Counted from the stretch's first letter, positions 49,804-60,000 are shown. The stretch is DNA of 64,000 nt from Pirellulales bacterium (GCA_963733825.1 CAVTEK010000016.1:29791-93790); one strand, 5' to 3'. The notes: a model not told the origin generated them from the sequence alone. Numbers and translations: made by a program.

Positions 49804-51828
49804 ATGGTCGATCTCTTCTGCACACCGTTCGTCGATTTGATCCAACGGATGCGGTTGGAATTTCGCAACCAGCAGAGCGTCTTCGATCTGCCGGCGCGAA
49901 AGTGGTATCTGCCGTCGGCCGAGCCAAGTGCGCCCGATTTATCGGTGCGTTTTCATGACCGAGTTGCCGGAAACGCGTCTGGCCCGGCGTCGGGACCGCA
50001 GACCCAAATGGCTCAGAATCTCGTCCTCTCGTGGCTCGCCGGCGGGCGAATCATGGAGCTGAAGACGGTGCAGGTGAACGATGAATTAAAAATATCGCGG
50101 CCGTGCATCGATGCCGCGAATGTCGGTTACAACGTCGAGTGGTCGCAGGAGCTGCGCGTCGCCGATTCGCTCGAGCAGTATGTGGCCGGGGCGATGTTGA
50201 TCCACATGCTGCGGCATGCACCCGAAACCCTCGGCCATCCCTTTGCCGACGTTTCGATGGCCGGTGCCAGCGGCGAAACGATCTACGACATGTCGATCGG
50301 ATACGACCTAGCCGGCATTCAGACGCCGAAGGTTGTCGATTTCATTCGTGGCATGATCGATGCCAGCGCAAGCGTGGACCGCTTGCGCGACCAAATTCCG
50401 CGCTGGCTCGGCCCGCTGCGCGAGCTCGATTATCCAACCCGTTTGAGCCGCAGCATCACGCTTTCGACGTTTCACGGCTGCCCCGCGGACGAGATCGAGC
50501 GGATTTGTGAATTCCTGCTCACCGAACTGGACGTACACGTGATCGTGAAGATGAATCCGCCCATGCTCGGCCGCGAACGGCTGGAGCATTTGCTGTACGA
50601 CGTCATGGGTTACCATGATATTCGCGTGAATCAAAAGGCATACGCGTCGGGTCTGCAATTCGACGAGTCGCTGGAAATCTGCGGACGGCTGACGCGACTG
50701 GCAGCATCGCGCAACCTGCAGTTCGGCGCTAAGTTTTCCAACACGCTGGAGGTTGAAAACAATCGCGACTTTTTTCAGCCGGCTGAAAAAATCATGTACC
50801 TTTCCGGCGCGCCGCTGCATGTCATCACCCTCACGCTCGCCAGCGAGTTCCGGCAGGCGGTCGGCGCCGAATTTCCAATCTCCTTCTCGGCGGGCGTCGA
50901 TCGCAAGAATTTTGCCAATCTCGTGGCCTGCGGAATCGTGCCAATTACCACCTGCACCGACCTGTTGAAAACAGGCGGCTACGGCCGGCTGCCGCCCTAT
51001 CTGCACGATCTGCAAAAGCAAATGGAGCAAATTGGAGCGCGGACGATCGACGATTTCATTCTCGACTGCCGCGGCCAGCGTGCGGCAGCCGGCGGAGAGC
51101 CCGTGCGGGCCGGCTTTCTCAACATGCCGATCGTGGTCGCCGAGACGCAAGCCGATCCGCGGTACAGGGCCCCTCATAATCGCGCGGTGCCGAAGAAAAT
51201 CGATTCGCACCTGGTCACGTTCGATTGCATCACCTGCGACAAATGCATTCCTGTTTGCCCGAACGATGCCAACTTTTCCTATCACACGGGCGAGCTGCGG
51301 CTAACGTACCGCGACGTCGAGGTTCGGCCAGACGGCAGCGTGGTGCCCATCGGCGACGAGAAAATTTTCGAGCTGCAAAAGGCCAACCAGATCGCCAACT
51401 TCGCCGACTATTGCAATCACTGCGGCAACTGCGACACGTTCTGCCCGGAATACGACGGCCCCTACCTGAAAAAGCCAAACTTCTACGGCAGCCGCCAGGC
51501 GTTCGATGCCGGCGCGCCGCACGACGGGTTTATCGTGGAGCGTTCTAAAAACGCCGTATTGTTAACCGGCCGGATCAGTGGCCGCGCGCACGAGTTGGAG
51601 CAGAAGAGTAACGGCGCCGGACTCCGATACCACGACGGCTGCGTAACCGTGAATGTTTCTCCGGACGGCTTGTTTTCACCGGAGCCCATCGACGTGCCGT
51701 TGCAGGCCGCCCACGTGATCGACGTCGGACGGTATCACGCCCTCGTGACGCTGCTCCGTGGCATTACTGACACAACGCGCATTCATGCCGTCAACACTCC
51801 AATGTTCGCGGCCGACGTCAATGAATGA
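49804..51828 (+). CDS. ygfK: YgfK-like Fe-S oxidoreductase (DHPD/DHOD-like barrel plus two 4Fe-4S motifs), lacking a GltD-like flavin/NAD(P) domain
   Basis: 674 aa. N-terminus PFVDLIQRMRLEFRNQQSVFDLP..GPASGPQTQMAQNLVLSWLAGGRIMELKTVQ matches my recollection of the E. coli YgfK N-terminus. Fe-S motifs CITCDKCIPVCP and CNHCGNCDTFCP. Confidence 0.72.
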   Translation: MVDLFCTPFVDLIQRMRLEFRNQQSVFDLPARKWYLPSAEPSAPDLSVRFHDRVAGNASGPASGPQTQMAQNLVLSWLAGGRIMELKTVQVNDELKISRPCIDAANVGYNVEWSQELRVADSLEQYVAGAMLIHMLRHAPETLGHPFADVSMAGASGETIYDMSIGYDLAGIQTPKVVDFIRGMIDASASVDRLRDQIPRWLGPLRELDYPTRLSRSITLSTFHGCPADEIERICEFLLTELDVHVIVKMNPPMLGRERLEHLLYDVMGYHDIRVNQKAYASGLQFDESLEICGRLTRLAASRNLQFGAKFSNTLEVENNRDFFQPAEKIMYLSGAPLHVITLTLASEFRQAVGAEFPISFSAGVDRKNFANLVACGIVPITTCTDLLKTGGYGRLPPYLHDLQKQMEQIGARTIDDFILDCRGQRAAAGGEPVRAGFLNMPIVVAETQADPRYRAPHNRAVPKKIDSHLVTFDCITCDKCIPVCPNDANFSYHTGELRLTYRDVEVRPDGSVVPIGDEKIFELQKANQIANFADYCNHCGNCDTFCPEYDGPYLKKPNFYGSRQAFDAGAPHDGFIVERSKNAVLLTGRISGRAHELEQKSNGAGLRYHDGCVTVNVSPDGLFSPEPIDVPLQAAHVIDVGRYHALVTLLRGITDTTRIHAVNTPMFAADVNE

Positions 51829-52048
51829 CTCGTTAGCACGAGACTTCTTTCCAGCACAATACACATTCAGCGCACTCTAGTTCCCGAAACGTCTACCAAT
51901 CGATTGTGCGACTTCTCCATTGGCCCGCCTTCACACGGCACGCCGATTGCTCCACTCCGAGCCGTGACGATACGCACGTTCGCGCCGCCACGCGGCCGAA
52001 AGCGCGCATCCCGTTCGGATGGGAAGAGGGGGAGAATCGAGTAATCCA

Positions 52049-52243
52049 ATGGTGTTCGCAACCAGAAACGAAATCGAATATCTGAGTTCCAGGGATGAAA
52101 ACGCACACCCGGATCCGTCGCTCGTTCGCGAGTTGAGTCGGCAGTTAGACGCCCTGCGCCGATACGATCAAGCGTTTTCCGCATCAGACTGGCGGCCGCA
52201 TCGAACGGCTGAGCAAAGTTGCCGTTCGCGGAGGGCTTCGTGA
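52049..52243 (+). CDS. Possible small protein (64 aa)
   Basis: MVFATRNEIEYLSSRDENAHPDPSLVRELSRQLDALRRYDQAF.. The ORF ends 8 nt before a clean terminator hairpin. No family recognised. Confidence 0.3.
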   Translation: MVFATRNEIEYLSSRDENAHPDPSLVRELSRQLDALRRYDQAFSASDWRPHRTAEQSCRSRRAS

Positions 52244-52250
52244 TAACAGC

Positions 52251-52277
52251 GGCTCGGTGCCACTCCGAGCCCTTTTC
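52251..52277 (+). terminator. Rho-independent terminator
   Basis: ggctcgg tgccact ccgagcc followed by cttttc. Confidence 0.6.
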
Positions 52278-52294
52278 ATGACAGGAGCGCCAAA

Positions 52295-52498
52295 ATGAAA
52301 TGGGACACTGTCAAAGGACGATGGAAGCAAATTCGTGGCTGTGTGACGGAACCATGGGGAGAACTGACCGACGATGACCTCGATCACATCGAAGGCAAAC
52401 GTGACCAAGTAACGGGTGCCTTGCAGAAGCGTTATGGCATCGCGCCCGGCGAGGCCGAACGTCAGATTAGCCACTTTGAATCCACGATGACCGAATAA
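52295..52498 (+). CDS. CsbD-family stress response protein
   Basis: 67 aa. KWDTVKGRWKQIRG..WGELTDDDLDHIEGKRDQVTGALQKRYG. RBS aggag lies 8 nt upstream. Confidence 0.88.
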   Translation: MKWDTVKGRWKQIRGCVTEPWGELTDDDLDHIEGKRDQVTGALQKRYGIAPGEAERQISHFESTMTE

Positions 52499-52574
52499 CA
52501 TGCATCGCACCGGCGAGCCGACAAGTTTAATTGGCCGGTTTTAATCCGCGCGGTTCGCTCAGGCGGCTCACATC

Positions 52575-52823
52575 TCATCGCGCGGTTGGCTCTGTCTGGC
52601 GGTTTCTCTCCGCCTCGGTTGTCGGGCGATTGGCTTCGGTTGCCATCTTGTCGCCGGCTTTGTGCAGCAGCTCCGCGCCCGATTGCATGGCGTGCTGAGT
52701 GTCTTGCCGGATTTTCCCCGTTTCCAGATCGATGCTCGCTCGGTCTGGACCCTTGCTGAAAGTAATCCAACCGACGAGCGCCAAGATCAATATCAACGCG
52801 ACAATCACAATTAACGCGCGCAT
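52575..52823 (-). CDS. Small single-pass membrane protein (82 aa)
   Basis: ATG 52823. MRALIVIVALILILALVGWITF followed by a hydrophilic tail. Confidence 0.45.
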   Translation of the reverse strand: MRALIVIVALILILALVGWITFSKGPDRASIDLETGKIRQDTQHAMQSGAELLHKAGDKMATEANRPTTEAERNRQTEPTAR

Positions 52824-53227
52824 GGCATAGCTCCTTGTAACGACGAATACCTCAACATCACTTGCTTGATTCAAGTTTTGTCCGCCGGCGTCTATTCTTC
52901 GATGCAATGCGCATTCCGACACACAAGGCCACACGACTGATCGCCGCCCTCAGCGAAAGAACGCAAACCAACCTGGCCAATTTGTAACCTGATGGAGAGG
53001 CCGACAAGCTGTCGCCGCCACGCAACGCGGATCCAACGCCGCTTGCGAACCGTAATTGGTTAGTTTTCTCGGATTCCTGCCTTCGGCACGAAGGTTGCAG
53101 CAAAAACAATCAGGAAGTTGGAAATTATCAGGACCGCCTTGGTGACATGACTCAGTCAACTGGCGGCTTGACCGCGAGTTTAATAGACCGCGGGGAAACA
53201 ACTGCGTTCAGCAGAAAGAGGTGAAAC

Positions 53228-53398
53228 ATGTTAGGTTGGGCGCTTACATTTTTGGTGATCGCTTTGATCGCTGCGGTACTCGGCTTTGGCGGAATAGCAG
53301 GCACGGCAAGCTATATCGCACAGGTATTGTTTTTCGTGTTCCTGGTTCTGTTCCTGATTAGCCTGATCATCCCGCGGGTTCGGCCACCGGTTGCATAA
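53228..53398 (+). CDS. DUF1328/UPF0391 (YtjA-like) small membrane protein, 56 aa; below the ORF-track length cut-off
   Basis: [50 protein letters not shown] gaggtg lies upstream. Confidence 0.75.
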   Translation: MLGWALTFLVIALIAAVLGFGGIAGTASYIAQVLFFVFLVLFLISLIIPRVRPPVA

Positions 53399-53504
53399 GC
53401 AATCAGCGGCCCTGATGCACTGTGAGAACAGAGCATTCGATCAGGTCGATCACAAATTTGGGCTCGGCAGAGTGTTGTCTCTGCCGAGCCGTTTTTCGCG
53501 CACT

Positions 53505-54176
53505 CTAATGTGCGTGCGTGCTATACAAGGGATGCGACAGGCTATGAGACGGTATGATGAAGTTATTGGCCGGTCCGGAATTTGTGAACGACACGATCGG
53601 CATTCCCCACGCCTTAAGCTTTCGTTGTAGCGTGCGTACCGAGATGCCCAACGTTTTGGCCGCATGCGTGCGATTGCCGTGATGCTCGATGAGAGCTTGC
53701 TCGACCGCGGCGCGTTCCAAATCTTCGAGAGACGTGCCGGGTGGGATATCGATGTGCGGTTTTTGGGACGACGCGGATCGCGACCCATACTCGTGTCCGG
53801 AACGATCATCGGAATTCACATCGGCAAGCTGAATCGCGGCCGCTCGCAAATCGTCTTGATCGATCGGTTTCACGAGGCAATCGGCAACGCCATTTTTCAT
53901 CGCTTCGACGGCCGAGCTGACGTCCTTTCCATCCGTCAGCGCCAAAAACGGAGTGTGTGGCTGGCGGTTTTTCCACAGCCGGACCAGATCGGCGCCGTTG
54001 AGTTGAGCCGATTCGAGGTCGAAGATCACGAGGCCAACGGAGTCTTGGGTATGCGCCAGCGCATCATCCAGGGTTTGCGCCGCAACGACATGAAACTCAT
54101 CGCCCAACGCATGGAGAATAGTTTCGCGATCGGCCGCATCGCCTCCCGCTATCAGTACCAGTGCATTCGAAAACAT
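53505..54176 (-). CDS. Response regulator: REC domain plus Fis-type HTH, without an AAA+ module
   Basis: ATG 54176 (MFSNALVLIAGG..). VIFDLES phospho-acceptor region, LVKP, C-terminal HHGNRTHAAKTLGISVRTLQRKLKAWG. The ORF-track start at 54662 is an upstream extension. Confidence 0.82.
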   Translation of the reverse strand: MFSNALVLIAGGDAADRETILHALGDEFHVVAAQTLDDALAHTQDSVGLVIFDLESAQLNGADLVRLWKNRQPHTPFLALTDGKDVSSAVEAMKNGVADCLVKPIDQDDLRAAAIQLADVNSDDRSGHEYGSRSASSQKPHIDIPPGTSLEDLERAAVEQALIEHHGNRTHAAKTLGISVRTLQRKLKAWGMPIVSFTNSGPANNFIIPSHSLSHPLYSTHAH

Positions 54177-54954
54177 AACATTTCTTCCATTTTCAGGTAA
54201 AAAATCCGCCACGAAGCAAGCGCGACGATCAACAGGTAGACGCTTCCGCAAACCGCGTACCGCCAACCGGAGCGACCCGCCGCATGTCAAAAGCGTACTG
54301 CATCGGCACTTAGAACGCGGACGTCGGCCGCTGATTGAACGCCTAACGGGCAGCCTGATGGGTTCTGGACCATGGGGCGATTTCCTGATTCGCAACGGAA
54401 TTATGGGCCCCGGGGGCAAAGTTGATTTGTAATTCCAGAATTGATCGATTTTGAAACAAGCGTGCGCCAACGAACTGCGGCGAAAGGCAACGGAGGATTC
54501 GTGGTATTGGCGCGAAAACCGATTCGGTTTGGGAACGATTGCACGTCGCACGTTAACGTTGGCCCGCCCAACGGCACATCGTTTGCACTTCCTGAAATGC
54601 GTTCGTTTTGTCGGCTTGGCGGTGTGGGTACTGGCAAAGGCCCGACAATCGCATTCGGGCAAGCGGGCGTCTTTCTGCCGACCAACTGGCCGACTCGGGA
54701 TTCATTTGAATATTTAAGGAAGGCCCATACACGGGGCGGTGTTCCCGCCAAGATTTGCAATCCGGCAAGAGATTCTCTTTCTCGCAGATGCCGCAATGCT
54801 CTGCAGCCGATGCCGCCGCCCCGTGTATCTTTTTCCACCGGCGATCTTCGCTTCTAGTCCGCATTCATTTTGCAATTTTTAACGCGCGATTATTATGCGC
54901 GCCCGCTACACGGCGGCCCGGCTATTTGCTTGTGAGCTAGTGATCGGCCCCGAT

Positions 54955-54970
54955 TGGCACGTACTGTGCT
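54955..54970 (+). promoter_or_regulatory. Candidate sigma54 (-24/-12) promoter upstream of the YciE-like gene
   Basis: TGGCACGTACTGTGCT versus consensus TGGCACG-N4-TTGCW. GG and GC are at the correct 10-nt spacing, with one core mismatch. Lies 80 nt upstream of ATG 55050. Confidence 0.45.
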
Positions 54971-55049
54971 CGGTTTATCGCCTGGTAAAACTCCGCCACC
55001 ACTTCAATTGGCGGTTGCCATCGACGGTTCTTAGCACAGGAGGTCTGCC

Positions 55050-55556
55050 ATGGGAGTTTTCACAAGCGAAGTATTCAACAGCTTAGAGGATTTGTTCGTC
55101 TTCGAACTGAAAGATTTGTACGATGCCGAGATCCGCATCACCGAGGCCTTGCCGAAGATGGCGGAAAAGGCGCACAACCCAGGCCTCAAGCGGGCTTTCC
55201 AAAACCATCTCCGGCAAACTGAGAAGCACGTCGAACGCTTGAATTCGATTTTCGAGCATCGGGGTCTGGAGGCCGAGCGTGAAAAATGCGACGCCATGGT
55301 CGGTCTGCTCAAAGAAGGCAGTACGGTCCTTAGTGCCGCCGGCGATCCCGACGTAATCGATGCCGCACTGATCGCGGCCGCCCAACGCGTCGAGCATTAC
55401 GAAATCGCCGGCTACGGCACCGCTCGTGCGTTCGCACACCAGCTCGGCGACGAATACTCGGCCGAGCTATTCGAGCAGACTCTCGATGAAGAGAAGCAAA
55501 CCGATCAGCAATTGACCGAAATCGCCGAGGGCTCGGTCAACCCGGCCTCAGCCTAA
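55050..55556 (+). CDS. Ferritin-like DUF892 protein (YciE/YciF family)
   Basis: 168 aa. DLFVFELKDLYDAEIRITEALPKMAEKA..LKRAFQNHLRQTEKHVERL..EHYEIAGYGTA. Strong RBS aggagg. Confidence 0.88.
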   Translation: MGVFTSEVFNSLEDLFVFELKDLYDAEIRITEALPKMAEKAHNPGLKRAFQNHLRQTEKHVERLNSIFEHRGLEAEREKCDAMVGLLKEGSTVLSAAGDPDVIDAALIAAAQRVEHYEIAGYGTARAFAHQLGDEYSAELFEQTLDEEKQTDQQLTEIAEGSVNPASA

Positions 55557-55972
55557 AATCCGGGATCTTCGCTTCCCCTCCCTCTTCGCGGAGGGGGAGC
55601 GGGGCATTTTCAGTCGCGTCGCCGCGGTCATCAAACTTTCGCCAAGTGGCCTAGTCGAACATCCGTTGGAATCGGTTCAACGCTGCCGCGACCGCCGCCG
55701 TCGAATGCGATGCGCTGATTTCCAAAATTGTACCGGGTCCCGCCCTTTACATTCGAAACCTGCTAGTTTCTACTTAACCGGTCTGCTATTCGGAGCGGGT
55801 CGCATTTTCCGATCGCCCTCGTTTTTCTTTCTTCTACGGGCGATTTTTGGCGGCCCGCAGCGCCACGGATGGGTCGTTCGACCATAACAGCGGTGCGCTC
55901 ACTTCAGAACCGAATTCCAATCGTGCTCAGTGCCATTCGGCATCTCTACCGTTATTTCTCAGGAGCTTACGT

Positions 55973-56887
55973 ATGAAATTGTCAATGTTGTATCGAGGCA
56001 GCATGCTGGCAGCCGTTGTCGCGGCCATCATGTTAAGCGGCGGGTTGCGGCAGGCAAATACCGCCGAGACGAAAACGCCCGCCAAGGTTGATTTGAACAA
56101 GGCCACTTTGGCTCAGTTAGAGGTTTTGCCCGGCGTCGGCCCCGCTTACGCCAAGAAGATTATCGCCGGCCGGCCCTACAAATCGGTCGACGATTTGTCG
56201 AAAGCCGGAATCCCCGCCGCCAAGATCAGCAAGATCAAATCGCTCGTTATGGTTGGCGCCGCCGGCGATTTGTCGCCCAGCAAAGATACCAAGGTGGCTG
56301 ACAAGGAGCCAACGTCGAAACTCGTTGACTTGAATACGGCCAAAGAATCGGCTCTCGAAGAAGTGCCCGGCATCGGAGCGGCCTATGCCAAGAAAATCAT
56401 TGCCGGTCGCCCTTACAAATCGGTCGATGATCTTTCTAAAGCCGGCATTCCAAACGCCACGATCAGCAAAATCAAATCGCTCGTAATGGTGGGTGCCGAA
56501 AAGCGCACTTATCGGGTTGCGAAGCCCGTGACATCCGATTCGGCTACGGCACTCGTCGATTTGAATTCGGCCAAGGAATCCGATCTTGAAGAGGTTTCGG
56601 CCATCGGACCGACCTACGCAAAGAAGATCATCGCGGGTCGTCCCTACAAGTCCATCGACGACCTGGAAAAGGCCGGCGTTCCGGCGGCGACGATCGCCAA
56701 GATTCGTTCCTTGGTCACCATCGGCCGGCAGGCCCAAGTCCCGCCGCACAAGGGAATGGTTTGGGTGAACCTCGAAAGCAAGGCCTACCACAAGGAAGAT
56801 AGCCGTTGGTACGGCACGACCAAGAACGGCAAGTTCATGTCCGAGGCAGACGCGATTAAGGAAGGTTACCACGCCTCCAAGAGGTGA
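55973..56887 (+). CDS. Secreted ComEA-like protein with three helix-hairpin-helix units and a conserved C-terminal tail
   Basis: ATG 55973 with RBS aggag and a signal peptide. Three copies of VDLN.A....LE.(V/L)PG(V/I)[14 protein letters not shown](V/I)DDL.KAG(I/V)P. Tail [34 protein letters not shown]. Confidence 0.82.
   Translation: MKLSMLYRGSMLAAVVAAIMLSGGLRQANTAETKTPAKVDLNKATLAQLEVLPGVGPAYAKKIIAGRPYKSVDDLSKAGIPAAKISKIKSLVMVGAAGDLSPSKDTKVADKEPTSKLVDLNTAKESALEEVPGIGAAYAKKIIAGRPYKSVDDLSKAGIPNATISKIKSLVMVGAEKRTYRVAKPVTSDSATALVDLNSAKESDLEEVSAIGPTYAKKIIAGRPYKSIDDLEKAGVPAATIAKIRSLVTIGRQAQVPPHKGMVWVNLESKAYHKEDSRWYGTTKNGKFMSEADAIKEGYHASKR
56084..56725 (+). repeat. Three tandem ~234-nt (78-aa) coding repeats inside the ComEA-like gene
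   Basis: Units start near 56084, 56318 and 56552. Long identical stretches, e.g. gccaagaa(g/a)at(t/c)at(c/t)gccgg(c/t)cg(g/c)cc(c/t)tacaaatcggtcga(c/t)gat. Confidence 0.85.
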
Positions 56888-57093
56888 GCGGCATGCCCAG
56901 TCGGCCACGATGTAGCGATGGCGGTATGATCCCGCGAACAGCGATGTTGGGTTAAACCGCGTGGCGCCGTTATTTACGCCGGCGCCACGCGGGTTGCTAG
57001 TAGCCGGTCGCCCCGCGTCTGGCGTAGAATTCCCGCCGTGATCGGCTTTCGTGCGGCCGGTCGACCGCCTCCCATGCAACAGCGGGTGCCACC

Positions 57094-57949
57094 ATGCGCA
57101 TCGAAGGACAAGAAGAAAGCGAAAACGTTGAGGACGAACGTTCCTTTTCTCCACGTGGCATCGTTGTCGGCGGCGGAGCCGGAACCTTGCTCTTGATGTT
57201 GGTCGTCTGGCTGCTGGGCGGAAACCCATTGCAGTTGTTGCAGCAAATGCCGCAGCAACCGGGCCAGGTCGGCCAACCTATGCCGGGTGGCGGAGGCGGA
57301 CCGCAGGAAGATGAGCTCACGCATTTCGTCAGCGTCGTTCTCCGCGATACCGAAGTTGTCTGGGATGATTTGTTTCGCCAACACGGCAAAACCTATCGCA
57401 ACCCGAAGCTGCACCTGTTCACCGGAGCGGTCAATTCGGCCTGCGGATTTACCAGTGCTGCCGTCGGGCCGTTTTATTGCCCCGAAGATGAGAAAGTGTA
57501 TCTCGACCTGGGCTTTTATCGCGAGCTGAAAACACGCTTCGGCGCCACCGGCGATTTCGCCCAGGCCTACGTCATTGCCCACGAAGTTGGCCACCACGTA
57601 CAGAAGCTGCTCGGAATTTCGGACCGAGTTGCCGCCGCGCGCCCGAGCGGGTCGCCGCGAATCGAACATGCTTTCCGTGCGCTTGGAGTTGCAGGCCGAT
57701 TTCTTCGCCGGCGTGTGGGCCAACAACGCGCAAAAGCGATTCAACTTTCTCGACCCTGGCGATATCGATGAAGCGCTCGACTGCGCCCAGGCGATTGGCG
57801 ATGACACACTACAAAAGGAAGCCGGCCGCCGCATCATGCCCGATTCGTTCACCCATGGTTCCGCTGAGCAGCGAAAGCGCTGGTTCCAACGCGGCTGGAC
57901 CACCGGCGACATGATGCAAGGCGACACATTCAGCACCGACGACCTCTAA
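57094..57949 (+). pseudogene. YpfJ-like neutral zinc metallopeptidase (PF04228 type), frameshift near 57635-57645
   Basis: TM segment, FYCPEDEKVYLDLGF, AYVIAHEVGHHVQ (HExxH). After ..ISDRVAAAR the tail RAGRRESNMLSVRLELQADFFAGVWA..HGSAEQRKRWFQRGW continues in ORF 57575-57949. Confidence 0.8.
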
Positions 57950-57955
57950 TCGTAG

Positions 57956-57973
57956 GTCAGGCTGCAGCCTGAC
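57956..57973. repeat. Perfect 18-nt palindrome GTCAGGCTGCAGCCTGAC, preceded by CGTAG
   Basis: Read directly, 7 nt after the peptidase stop. Confidence 0.8.
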
Positions 57974-58007
57974 AAGCCGGTTGGCCAACAATCGCGCACC
58001 CCATCAG

Positions 58008-58030
58008 CCCCCGGCTCCGCCGGGGGTTTC
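58008..58030 (+). terminator. Hairpin terminator between convergent genes
   Basis: cccccggc tcc gccggggg followed by ttt. Confidence 0.55.
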
Positions 58031-58052
58031 CCCGCTGGCCGCCCAGACTCGC

Positions 58053-58957
58053 TCACTTCGGCGGCAACACATTCGCCTCCGGCGTAACCTTCTCGATATT
58101 CGGTGTGGTATCTGCCTCAGCATCACCCAACGCCCACGTGATTCCGCCGATCACCAGGTTCTGAAATTCGGGCCGCGTCCATACGTCTTCGCGGTGCCCC
58201 ATCGACGTGTAAAACACCCGCCCTTTGCCTTCCTTGCGAATCCAAGTGCCCGGGTACGCCGGCCGCTTGTAGGGATTGTCGTGCATGCCCTCCGTCTCGG
58301 TCACGAGCAGCACGTGCATGTCGTCGGCGAAATTCTTGAGCGAATACCACTCCTCGACCATGTTGAAGCTCGGACCCAAGCCGCTTGCGCCGGAAACTTC
58401 GGGTCGATCACCTTCATCGTCGTCGCTTGCTGCGAGCCGTGCATGAGAAACTCGCCGCCGATCATGTTGATGTAGGGATCGCGATCGGCCACCGGCTGCG
58501 TCGCATACTTTTCCCCCTTGCAATGAAACGTATCGGATGCGCAATGAAACCCGACAAACCCTTTGCCGTTGTGAATCGCATCCAAAAACGCCTGCTTCCC
58601 CTCGGCACTCATCGGCTGGCTGCCATCGGCCGCCTTCTCGGCTGTCAGGTCGCCCGTCGTATAAAACAGAAACGCATCGAACTTCGCGATATTCTCGGGC
58701 GTGAACACGCCGCCATCCTTCGTACTCACGAGCTCCCAATGCTGCTTCTCGCAAATCGGCCGCAAGATCGTCTCCGCGTAGCACGGCTGGCCATCCTTCA
58801 CCATAACCACCGAATGCTGAAACCCGGCCGACCGATTGAAAAACAACAGCCGATGTTTTGTATTCCCCTCTTCGGCCCACGACGCGGCGGGAGCAAAAGC
58901 AACGCAGGGCAGGGCGGCCAGAAGTAATGTCCAGATGCTCAATCGCAGTAGTTGCAT
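58053..58957 (-). pseudogene. ThuA-domain (trehalose-utilisation-like) secreted protein, frameshift near 58388
   Basis: Signal peptide MQLLRLSIWTLLLAALPCVAFA, RLLFFNRSAGFQH, GFVGFHCASDTF, INMIGGEF..HG in ORF 58301-58957. The tail SGLGPSFNMVEEWYSLKNF..VFYTSMGHRED..GGITWALG continues in ORF 58053-58880. Confidence 0.8.
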
Positions 58958-59054
58958 GGTTTCATCCGCTTGTAGAAATAACGTGGTTTCGAAGAGACGC
59001 TATTGGCGTCTATTGTAGGATCAACAGATGCGTGATGTAAGCCGCCTTGAAAAA

Positions 59055-59837
59055 AAGGGGACGGGAGTCATTTTTCGGGGGGACGGTGGCCCTCCTTGGC
59101 AAGCGTTGGTTTTTTCGGTCGGCCTCGGGATCGAAAGGTATATTCGAGACCGAGCTGGCGGGCGACCTTGGTCTGCCAGGATTCGCCGCCAAACGGTTGA
59201 CCACGCTTGACACTGCGGCGGATCGCCTCGACCTCGGCCTCGCGCTGCGGTTCGTTCACGTACTCACACCACAACCGACCGAGGGGCGCCGGCGACTCAG
59301 CCAGCAGAGCGCGTTCTTCAGCTGTGCCGTGAATGCGACGATAAAGGCTGCCCCAGCGCCACGCTTCGGCCCGCTTCACGAGACCGGCCCGCAGCGGATT
59401 ACGTTCCACGTACCGCAGCACGGTCAGGAAATGTTCATCGGCCGCAATCGGAAAACTCTTGAAACGCCCTTGGTACACGTGGCCCATTCCGGCCGTGCCA
59501 TGATGCGCGTGCCATCGCTGCGAATGCGTCACGGTCAGCCAGCGAAAGAACTCCGACACCTGCTCGTCCTGACGCTGCTTCGGCCAAACCACAAAATGCC
59601 AATGATTGCCCATGATCGTGTAGCCCACGATCCGCAGCGGCACTTTCTCAATCGCCTCGGCGATCAGGGCATCGAATGCTGCGAAATCCGCCTCCTTCTT
59701 AAACAGGCGCAGCCGCCCGTTGGCCCGGTTGAGCACATGGTATGCGTAACCACCCACGATCGATCGAGCACGGCGCGGCATGCGGTCGAGTCTATCGCCG
59801 GCACGTCACGTCGTCAAGAATTGACTCCCGTCCCCTT
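59055..59837 (-). mobile_element. RAYT-like unit: Y1 (HUH) transposase gene bracketed by 16-bp inverted repeats
   Basis: AAGGGGACGGGAGTCA (59055-59070) and TGACTCCCGTCCCCTT (59822-59837) are exact reverse complements. A tandem TTACTTTCGCC x2 follows at 59837-59860. Confidence 0.75.
59068..59781 (-). CDS. REP-associated tyrosine transposase-like protein (IS200/IS605 Y1_Tnp family)
   Basis: 237 aa. YHVLNRANGR, HUH motif IMGNHWHFVVWP, GHVYQGRFKS, catalytic-Tyr region LRYVERNPLRAGLV. Confidence 0.85.
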   Translation of the reverse strand: MPRRARSIVGGYAYHVLNRANGRLRLFKKEADFAAFDALIAEAIEKVPLRIVGYTIMGNHWHFVVWPKQRQDEQVSEFFRWLTVTHSQRWHAHHGTAGMGHVYQGRFKSFPIAADEHFLTVLRYVERNPLRAGLVKRAEAWRWGSLYRRIHGTAEERALLAESPAPLGRLWCEYVNEPQREAEVEAIRRSVKRGQPFGGESWQTKVARQLGLEYTFRSRGRPKKPTLAKEGHRPPEK

Positions 59838-60000
59838 TACTTTCGCCTTTACTTTCGCCCCAATCGCTACCCGAGTCAGACCTTTACGGTACCGGCACTT
59901 TTATGTTGCTATTTGACGGTCTTCGTCGACCTCGCAATATGGCAACATTTCGTCGAACTGAAAGTTTGTGAGACCCTCTTTCTCGGTCAATTCTTTTACA

